Source: Escherichia phage vB_EcoP_K
Reading direction: 5' to 3' (one strand)
Sequence record: NC_047809.1
Length of the DNA: 37,775 nt
How positions within the stretch are numbered: position 1 is the first letter of the stretch; every line of letters starts with the position of its first letter. The notes under the pieces were generated by a model. That model did no database searches. It was given only the letters and a program-made list of their open reading frames with translations, and had not been told where the DNA came from. The position numbers and the translations under genes are program-made. Of this stretch, positions 10,101 to 15,984 are shown one piece after another.

Positions 10101-10454
10101 TTGGAAGAGAAGTTATCGCCTAAAGGGTTGGCCTTTGGTGCAATGGGTATGATGAGTACAACTGCTGTATTTAGTCTAGGTGGAGATTTCTTGGGTGGCC
10201 TAGGTGTTCTACCTTCTGAGTTAGTACAATCCCGTTATGAGGCTGGCTTTCAGACTAAGGGTTTGATAGACCAAATACCACTAGTAGGTGTTGGTCAAGA
10301 TGCATATCGTTTAGCAGATTCTATAACTAAATATGCAGAGGGTGATACAGAAGGTGTAGATGTGGCACGTAGGGCTTTACGCTTAGTGCCTCTAACTAAT
10401 GTAATAGGAATCCAGAACGCATTGCGTTATGGCTTAGATGAACTGGAGGATTGA
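7146..10454 (+). CDS. Large internal virion/core protein (T7 gp16-position), 1102 aa
   Basis: GGAGG 5 nt upstream of ATG; long mostly alpha-helical, charged protein directly downstream of the lysozyme-domain core protein; synteny with T7-like ejection proteins. Confidence 0.6.
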   Translation: MEQDIKTNWAGYVQSTPEPFSIEAAPVSAPTIRQRNELQEQVLEAKADADILGAVGAAFQNEWLAFGGKRWYDRATADFTPQPDFEIQPEQREALRFKYGTDMMQTIIEGVRSEDELNFRIQNADEDLERNKRIAQAGWVGSVATIGAAVLDPVGWVASIPTGGAAKVGLVGRAVRGAIAAGVSNAAIESVLVQGDMTRDLDDIMVALGSGMAMGGVIGAVARGRATKLSEQGDDRAASIVRSADAGDRYVRAVADDSIGAMRVKGEEVLTEGAFDISSKGEDLLKTLQREGNAIDMTPRRWAGTMSALGTVVHSSQDASVRGLGARLFESPQGLGAQKASASLMQNTNLNRLKSADMNRFNDGFDLWLKENNINPVAGHTNSHYVQQYNEKVWEAVRIGMDESTPKSIRMAAEGQQAMYREALALRKSSGEAGFEKVKADDKYMPDIFDSMKARRQFSMHDKEDIIELFSRAYQNGSRKVPKEVADEIARAQVNRVVDATLTGRMSFEKAMSGQTKAEYEAIMRKAGFSDEEIEKMVEALDNKETRDNISNRAKMSLGLDVTQEYNGIRMRDFMNTNVEELTDNYMKEAAGGAALARQGFSTYQAALNAIDLVERNARNAAKDTKAHAQFEAESAKIRQSEPDYKKAQEKIEELKKRLKLKEKDEAAGLAIDEEIRQMREGLRLIMGKSIDADPQALSTKMLRRGRDITGVLRLGQMGFAQLGELANFMGEFGIAATTIALGKQFRFTSKALRSGDGFFRDKNLAEVERMVGYIGEDNWLTTKGARPDEFGDVTTVRGMMAHFDQSMNSIRRAQTNLSLFRMAQGSLERMTNRQIALSFIDHLEGKKIIPQKKLEELGLTQEFMTNLQKHYDANSKGSGLLGFDTMPYAMGETLANAIRRKSGLIIQRNFIGDEGIWMNKALGKTFAQLKSFSLVSGEKQFGRGIRHDKIGLAKKTAYGFALGSIVYAAKAYVNSIGREDQDEYLEEKLSPKGLAFGAMGMMSTTAVFSLGGDFLGGLGVLPSELVQSRYEAGFQTKGLIDQIPLVGVGQDAYRLADSITKYAEGDTEGVDVARRALRLVPLTNVIGIQNALRYGLDELED

Positions 10455-11416
10455 TGAGTTATACTTTCACAGAACATATAGCCAACGGTACGCAAGTAAC
10501 CTATCCCTTTAGCTTTGCTGGCAGGGATAAAGGCTATCTTCGTGCCTCAGATGTGATAGTGGAATCTCTTCAAGGTAACACTTGGATTGAGATTACATCT
10601 GGCTGGCAATTAACTGGTACGCATCAAATCACTTTTGATGTAGCACCCGTTGCAGGTTTGAAGTTCCGTATTCGAAGGGAAGTACAAAAAGAATATCCAT
10701 ACGCTGAGTTTGACCGTGGTGTTACCTTGGATATGAAGTCTTTAAATGGTTCTTTCATTCATATACTGGAGATTACACAGGAGTTACTTGATGGGTTTTA
10801 TCCAGAAGGGTACTTCATTAAGCAGAATGTAAGCTGGGGCGGCAATAAGATTACTGACCTAGCTGATGGTGAGAATCCAAAAGATGCAGTAAATAAATCA
10901 CAGCTAGATGCTATCGACAAGAAGCATACTGATTGGAACTCTGCACAAGATATAGAGATTGCTGGTATTAAGAGAGGAATGGTGTCTGGTGTATCTCATC
11001 GCACTATTCCTTGGTATATGGTCGCCTCCGGTGGAGAGCAAATCATTCGACCACCTTACTCATTTGATGATGCTATGGTGTTTATAAACGGTGTATTCCA
11101 GCATGAGCTAGCAGGTGCAGTATCAGTGGGGTATGATGTTATAACCCTGTCCGAGCCATTACAGGCTGGAGATGAAGTTTATGTGCTTATCGGTAGTCGC
11201 TTAACCCCACCTACAAGTGCGGATACTATCCTCTTTACACAAGCAGTGATTGAAGGTACACAATCTATCGACATTGTAACGGCTTTCCAACGTCTTGATG
11301 TATATTTGGATGGACTGTATCAACCTAATAATACTTATGAAATCGTAGGCTCTACTATCACTTTCAGTGAGCCATTGCCTGAGTGTGTCGTAAGTATGAA
11401 GTTACAACTAGTGTAA
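10454..11416 (+). CDS. Tail-fibre adaptor protein with T7 gp17 N-terminal-like domain, 320 aa
   Basis: N-terminus MSYTFTEHIANGTQVTYPFSFAGRDKGYLRASDV resembles the tail-attachment N-terminal domain of T7 tail fibre; no long fibre shaft; same arrangement as the adaptor of K1E/K1-5/SP6-type phages whose tailspikes are encoded at the right end. Confidence 0.7.
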   Translation: MSYTFTEHIANGTQVTYPFSFAGRDKGYLRASDVIVESLQGNTWIEITSGWQLTGTHQITFDVAPVAGLKFRIRREVQKEYPYAEFDRGVTLDMKSLNGSFIHILEITQELLDGFYPEGYFIKQNVSWGGNKITDLADGENPKDAVNKSQLDAIDKKHTDWNSAQDIEIAGIKRGMVSGVSHRTIPWYMVASGGEQIIRPPYSFDDAMVFINGVFQHELAGAVSVGYDVITLSEPLQAGDEVYVLIGSRLTPPTSADTILFTQAVIEGTQSIDIVTAFQRLDVYLDGLYQPNNTYEIVGSTITFSEPLPECVVSMKLQLV

Positions 11417-11425
11417 GGAGGTGCA

Positions 11426-11620
11426 ATGATTAACTCCGAACTGGTAGATAGTGGTGTGAAGCTGGCGCCACCTGCATTAGTATCAGGTGGGTACTTCCTC
11501 GGTATCAGTTGGGATAATTGGGTGTTAATAGCAACATTCATTTATACCGTGTTGCAAATTGGAGACTGGTTTTATACCAAGATTAAACTATGGAGGAGGA
11601 GCCATGAGCGTACACAATAA
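11426..11620 (+). CDS. Holin, T7 gp17.5-like (class II)
   Basis: TAAGGAGGTG RBS; 64 aa; ..LAPPALVSGGYFLGISWDNWVLIATFIYTVLQIGDWFY.. aligns in pattern with T7 gp17.5 (..AAPIVGTGVADV..WFYVAAIAYTVVQIGAKV..); located between tail-fibre gene and small terminase as in T7. Confidence 0.7.
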   Translation: MINSELVDSGVKLAPPALVSGGYFLGISWDNWVLIATFIYTVLQIGDWFYTKIKLWRRSHERTQ

Positions 11621-11903
11621 ACATGCAGCTACGGAAGACGAGGTTGGCATTCTACATGGTGCTATTACCAAAATCTTTAATAAGAAAGCACAGGCAATAC
11701 TGGACACTATAGAAGAAGACCCAGATGCAGCACTGCATTTAGTCTCTGGTAAAGACATTGGAGCTATGTGTAAGTGGGTTCTTGATAATGGTATTACCGC
11801 TACACCCGCTGCACAGCAGGAGGAGTCCAAGCTATCTAAGCGCCTCAAGGCTATCCGAGAGGCATCAAGTGGCAAGATCATCCAATTCACTAAGGAGGAT
11901 TGA
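11604..11903 (+). CDS. Terminase small subunit (T7 gp18-like), 99 aa
   Basis: GGAGGAG RBS before ATG 11604; small acidic helical protein immediately upstream of and overlapping the large terminase gene. Confidence 0.6.
   Translation: MSVHNKHAATEDEVGILHGAITKIFNKKAQAILDTIEEDPDAALHLVSGKDIGAMCKWVLDNGITATPAAQQEESKLSKRLKAIREASSGKIIQFTKED
11695..11717 (+). promoter_or_regulatory. SP6-class phage RNAP promoter (inside the terminase small subunit gene)
   Basis: CAATACTGGACACTATAGAAGAA; core identical to other copies; predicted +1 G at 11712. Confidence 0.6.
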
Positions 11904-13801
11904 TGGCTAAGGCAAGAGAATCACAAGCGGAGGCTCTTGCCAGATGGGAGATGCTACAGGAGTTACAGCAGACTTTTCCGTATACGGCGGAAGGTTTGCT
12001 TCTCTTTGCAGATACAGTTATCCATAACTTGATTGCAGGCAACCCTCATCTGATTCGTATGCAGGCCGATATTTTAAAGTTTCTATTCTATGGACATAAA
12101 TATCGCCTCATCGAAGCGCCCCGTGGTATCGCTAAAACTACACTATCAGCAATCTATACTGTTTTCCGTATCATCCATGAACCCCATAAGCGTATCATGG
12201 TAGTATCCCAAAACGCCAAGCGAGCAGAGGAAATCGCAGGTTGGGTAGTTAAAATCTTCCGTGGCCTAGACTTTCTTGAGTTTATGCTACCGGACATCTA
12301 CGCAGGGGACCGTGCCTCAGTTAAGGCATTTGAGATTCATTACACCCTACGTGGCAGTGACAAGTCGCCTTCTGTGTCTTGTTACTCAATCGAAGCAGGT
12401 ATGCAGGGTGCGCGTGCAGATATCATCCTAGCAGATGACGTTGAGTCAATGCAGAATGCTCGTACAGCGGCAGGACGTGCCTTGCTTGAGGAACTGACCA
12501 AGGAGTTTGAATCTATTAACCAGTTTGGTGATATTATCTACCTTGGTACTCCTCAGAACGTAAACTCTATCTACAATAACCTACCTACTCGTGGTTACTC
12601 TGTTCGTATCTGGACTGCACGTTATCCCTCAGTGGAGCAGGAGCAATGCTATGGTGACTCCCTTGCACCTATGATTGTGCAGGATATGAAGGACAACCCA
12701 GCACTTCGCTCAGGGTATGGCTTGGATGGCAATAGTGGTGCACCTTGTGCACCTGAAATGTATGATGATGATGTGCTGATCGAGAAGGAAATCTCGCAGG
12801 GTGCGGCTAAGTTCCAGCTTCAGTTTATGCTTAACACTCGCATGATGGATGCTGACCGCTATCCACTACGCCTGAACAACCTCATCTTCACTTCATTCGG
12901 TACAGAGGAAGTCCCTGTGGTGCCTACATGGAGCAACGACTCTATTAACATCATTGGCGATGCACCGAAGTATGGCAATAAGCCTACAGACTTTATGTAT
13001 CGCCCTGTGGCCCGACCTTATGAGTGGGGTGCTGTTACCCGAAAGATTATGTATATTGACCCCGCAGGTGGCGGTAAGAACGGGGATGAAACGGGTGTGG
13101 CTATCGTCTTCCTGCACGGCACATTCATTTATGTGTATCAGTGCTTTGGTGTTCCGGGAGGATACCGCGAATCGTCCCTGAATCGCATTGTGCAGGCCGC
13201 AAAGCAGGCAGGTGTTAAAGAGGTATTCATTGAAAAGAACTTTGGTCATGGCGCGTTTGAGGCCGTTATAAAGCCATACTTTGAACGAGAGTGGCCTGTG
13301 ACTCTGGAGGAAGATTACGCCACCGGACAGAAAGAGTTGCGTATCATTGAAACACTAGAGCCACTAATGGCGGCCCACAGGCTCATCTTCAACGCAGAGA
13401 TGGTCAAGTCTGATTTTGAGTCGGTACAGCACTATCCGCTTGAACTACGCATGTCATACAGCCTTTTCAATCAAATGTCGAACATCACGATTGAGAAGAA
13501 CAGCCTACGACACGATGACCGCTTAGACGCTCTGTATGGCGCTATACGGCAATTAACTTCTCAGATAGACTATGACGAGGTTACACGGATTAATCGCCTC
13601 AGAGCGCAGGAGATGCGCGATTACATCCATGCTATGAACACACCTCACCTCCGTAGGGCAATGCTCTATGGAGATTATGGCACTGAGCGAAGAGTAACCA
13701 ACACTTCCGTGGCTATGCAGCAAAGAGTATACGGTCAGAATTACAGGAGTAAATCGGCAAGCAGAAATACACTTTCTGCAAGGATTTCAAGGACTTATTA
13801 A
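11903..13801 (+). CDS. Terminase large subunit (T7 gp19-like), 632 aa
   Basis: Start overlaps upstream stop (TGATG); ATPase region ..RLIEAPRGIAKTT.. and ..IILADDVES..; C-terminal nuclease-like region; size and synteny. Confidence 0.9.
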   Translation: MAKARESQAEALARWEMLQELQQTFPYTAEGLLLFADTVIHNLIAGNPHLIRMQADILKFLFYGHKYRLIEAPRGIAKTTLSAIYTVFRIIHEPHKRIMVVSQNAKRAEEIAGWVVKIFRGLDFLEFMLPDIYAGDRASVKAFEIHYTLRGSDKSPSVSCYSIEAGMQGARADIILADDVESMQNARTAAGRALLEELTKEFESINQFGDIIYLGTPQNVNSIYNNLPTRGYSVRIWTARYPSVEQEQCYGDSLAPMIVQDMKDNPALRSGYGLDGNSGAPCAPEMYDDDVLIEKEISQGAAKFQLQFMLNTRMMDADRYPLRLNNLIFTSFGTEEVPVVPTWSNDSINIIGDAPKYGNKPTDFMYRPVARPYEWGAVTRKIMYIDPAGGGKNGDETGVAIVFLHGTFIYVYQCFGVPGGYRESSLNRIVQAAKQAGVKEVFIEKNFGHGAFEAVIKPYFEREWPVTLEEDYATGQKELRIIETLEPLMAAHRLIFNAEMVKSDFESVQHYPLELRMSYSLFNQMSNITIEKNSLRHDDRLDALYGAIRQLTSQIDYDEVTRINRLRAQEMRDYIHAMNTPHLRRAMLYGDYGTERRVTNTSVAMQQRVYGQNYRSKSASRNTLSARISRTY

Positions 13802-13823
13802 TTACCGGACACTATAGAAGGAA
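13801..13823 (+). promoter_or_regulatory. SP6-class phage RNAP promoter
   Basis: AATTACCGGACACTATAGAAGGA; predicted +1 G at 13818; overlaps the end of the terminase gene. Confidence 0.7.
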
Positions 13824-13961
13824 GGCCCAGATAATAAGAGAAATAACAAGGATAATATAGGTTAACCTAGGTTATATAGGTATGCCTTAGTATGGGTGTA
13901 CTCCTGTACACCCTATTCCTTACTTCCTTACTATACTTACATAATAGGAGAGAGAGAGAGA

Positions 13962-14261
13962 ATGTCTAATAGTTATAGTACACAACCCCTTACAGGTAAG
14001 TCTGCTCGTAAGCAGATACAACCTGTGAGTGAAGCCCTGATACTTCCTGTAGTTTACGAGGACACTGTTGAGAAGAAAGGTGATGTTATTAATGATGCCA
14101 CCAAATCAGGTAAGCAGAAAGGGGCCATGGTGTGTCTTGATACACATGCTAACCTGGTTATTGCTATCGCAGTTGATGGCAAAGAAGATTCCAATTGGTT
14201 GACAGCTAATAAAGCGGTCACTACTATTACCCCCAGCTTAAGAGGAGAGTTACATGTCTGA
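13962..14261 (+). CDS. Hypothetical protein, paralogue 1 of a tandem pair (99 aa)
   Basis: ATG preceded by GGAGAGAGAGAGAGA; shares ..SGKQKGAMV..L.IAIA.. block with the next ORF. Confidence 0.5.
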   Translation: MSNSYSTQPLTGKSARKQIQPVSEALILPVVYEDTVEKKGDVINDATKSGKQKGAMVCLDTHANLVIAIAVDGKEDSNWLTANKAVTTITPSLRGELHV

Positions 14262-14547
14262 ATATGGAACCACAGGTACTGTTACTGGTCAGGCTTTTCG
14301 AGTAAAAACTGTACAAACCACTGCAACGGCAATCCCTTTGCCTATTGTTGCTGAAGCAGACCTTAAGAAGAAAGATCATCCTATCAACATTAAACACCTC
14401 TCTGGTAAACAGAAAGGCGCCATGGTTGCTGTAGAGAAAGCAGACCAATCCTTGTACATCGCTATTGCACGTGGGAGTGAACCCACCGACAAGTGGGATG
14501 CAACTACTATGAAGTCGGACCCTGTAACACCTGCGGCTGAATTGTAA
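14254..14547 (+). CDS. Hypothetical protein, paralogue 2 of a tandem pair (97 aa)
   Basis: RBS AGAGGAG; shares ..K.INIKHLSGKQKGAMVAVEKADQSLYIAIA.. with the preceding ORF; 8-nt overlap with it. Confidence 0.5.
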   Translation: MSEYGTTGTVTGQAFRVKTVQTTATAIPLPIVAEADLKKKDHPINIKHLSGKQKGAMVAVEKADQSLYIAIARGSEPTDKWDATTMKSDPVTPAAEL

Positions 14548-14561
14548 AGACGAGGTCAATA

Positions 14562-14906
14562 ATGCTTAACAAACACTTCAAGCGCCGTGAGTTCGCTTGC
14601 CGTTGTGGGTGCGGTACATCCACAGTAGATGCTGAGTTACTACAGGTAGTCACAGATGTACGTGAGCACTTTGGTGCTCCTGTAGTTATTACTTCTGGAC
14701 ACCGCTGTGCTAAGCACAATGCTAATGTGGGAGGTGCTAAGAACTCCATGCATCTTACTGGTAAGGCTGCTGACATTAAGGTACAAGGTATTACACCTTA
14801 CCGTGTGTGGTCCTATCTAACAGCACGCTACCCCAATAAATATGGCATTGGGTCTTATCCTAATTTCACCCACATTGATGTAAGAGAGGGATGTGCACGA
14901 TGGTAA
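14562..14906 (+). CDS. Endolysin, zinc metallopeptidase of the M15/LAS type (probable L-alanyl-D-glutamate or D-Ala-D-Ala peptidase)
   Basis: 114 aa with ..SGHRCAKHNANVGGAKNSMHLTGKAADIKV.. and ..FTHIDVRE.. (H-x6-D and distal H zinc ligands typical of LAS peptidases, as in T5 endolysin); followed by membrane protein and spanins. Confidence 0.75.
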   Translation: MLNKHFKRREFACRCGCGTSTVDAELLQVVTDVREHFGAPVVITSGHRCAKHNANVGGAKNSMHLTGKAADIKVQGITPYRVWSYLTARYPNKYGIGSYPNFTHIDVREGCARW

Positions 14907-15014
14907 GATGTATTGAATGGTGCGAGCGCATGGTTGCTCAAGCTGCCGAGGGTGGCAACTATGATGACTGGAAGGACTACTCGGACTTATTAGCTCAATG
15001 GAAAGGGAGATGTA

Positions 15015-15164
15015 ATGAAAAAGCTGTTTAAGTCTAAGAAAGTGGTAGGTGCACTGGTTGCACTGGTGATTGCTCTTGTTTCTGTAGGTCTTGGCGTAGA
15101 CCTAGGTGAAGGTACTGAAGGTTCCGTCACTGACGTGGTATGCCAAGTAATCACCTGTGAATAA
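15015..15164 (+). CDS. Small membrane protein (49 aa), possible second holin/antiholin or lysis accessory protein
   Basis: AAGGGAGA RBS; MKKLFKSKKVVGALVALVIALVSVGLGVDLG.. single predicted TM helix; position between endolysin and spanins. Confidence 0.4.
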   Translation: MKKLFKSKKVVGALVALVIALVSVGLGVDLGEGTEGSVTDVVCQVITCE

Positions 15165-15378
15165 GGTGCTAGAGGTGGTAGCAGGTCTTATTGGCCTGCT
15201 GCTTGCCGCTAAGAAGAAGAAGGAAGAGAAGGAGGCACAAAGTGAGGCGAATCATGCTAGCGACAATCCTGCTGATTGGTTCGCTGATCACTTCAGGGTG
15301 TCAGACGGCGTTACCAGAGAATCCAAAGGTGAAGCCTCTGAAGCCGACGCTTACGGCAGTCTACGAGGTGGACGATAA
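15157..15378 (+). CDS. Putative i-spanin-like protein (Rz-position), unusually short (67-73 aa); start codon uncertain (GTG)
   Basis: N-terminal hydrophobic segment VLEVVAGLIGLLLAA followed by charged region; contains the start of the o-spanin ORF in another frame. Confidence 0.3.
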   Translation: MNKVLEVVAGLIGLLLAAKKKKEEKEAQSEANHASDNPADWFADHFRVSDGVTRESKGEASEADAYGSLRGGR

Positions 15379-15451
15379 AGTCTGCTTCAGTAAGCCTGAC
15401 GCTACAAAATTAGGTATGTACATTCTCTCGCTAGAACGCGGGTATAATTAA
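15254..15451 (+). CDS. o-spanin (Rz1-like outer-membrane lipoprotein), 65 aa
   Basis: GAGG 6 nt upstream; signal peptide MLATILLIGSLITSGC with lipobox-like ITSG|C; short proline-rich mature part (LPENPKVKPLKPT); starts inside and extends beyond the i-spanin candidate (overlapped architecture). Confidence 0.5.
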   Translation: MLATILLIGSLITSGCQTALPENPKVKPLKPTLTAVYEVDDKVCFSKPDATKLGMYILSLERGYN

Positions 15452-15480
15452 TACATAGTTTATGTATCAGTGTCTTACGA

Positions 15481-15503
15481 TTTACTGGACACTATAGAAG
15501 AGA
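15481..15503 (+). promoter_or_regulatory. SP6-class phage RNAP promoter (tailspike operon)
   Basis: ATTTACTGGACACTATAGAAGAG; predicted +1 G at 15498. Confidence 0.75.
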
Positions 15504-15581
15504 TAAGATAGTGCCGTTCTTTTGAGCGGCCTATTACTAGCCAATCTTCATAGGGAGGGTTGGGAAGTAATAGGAGAGTAT

Positions 15582-15917
15582 ATGGCTAAGTTAACTAAAC
15601 CCAAGACAACTGGCTTACTACATAGAGATACTGTACTAGCTACATTATTGGATAATTTACTATCTAAAAGGCGTGTTACATTTGAAGGTGTAGTTCCAAG
15701 TGAAGATACTAAAATTGAGATAGAAGTACCTGCAACAGGAGATTTAGATTCTTCGTGGGCATCACTTGTATCATTAAGTACACCTACACTTTGTACAGCT
15801 TGGATTACTAAAGTGTCAGATACTAGATTAGAAGTACATGTATTCCATACAGCACAAGTTGAAATAGACATAGATGTAGATGTTTACATTCTAGGTAAAC
15901 ACATTGTCAGTGCGTAA
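15582..15917 (+). CDS. 111-aa ORF upstream of endosialidase; probable remnant/adaptor-binding N-terminal module of a second tailspike
   Basis: AGGAG RBS; from recollection, phage K1E carries a 111-aa ORF at this position similar to the N-terminus of the K1-5 K5-lyase tailspike; not verifiable here. Confidence 0.5.
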   Translation: MAKLTKPKTTGLLHRDTVLATLLDNLLSKRRVTFEGVVPSEDTKIEIEVPATGDLDSSWASLVSLSTPTLCTAWITKVSDTRLEVHVFHTAQVEIDIDVDVYILGKHIVSA

Positions 15918-15984
15918 GCACTGCTTTTCGCGCAACTTTTCTTAAAGGTTATCATGATGGTAGCCTTTCAGAAAAGGAGGTTAC

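Noticed and set aside
14930-15031. 33-codon ORF between endolysin and the small membrane protein
   Set aside because: No RBS, overlaps the better-supported membrane protein gene in another frame
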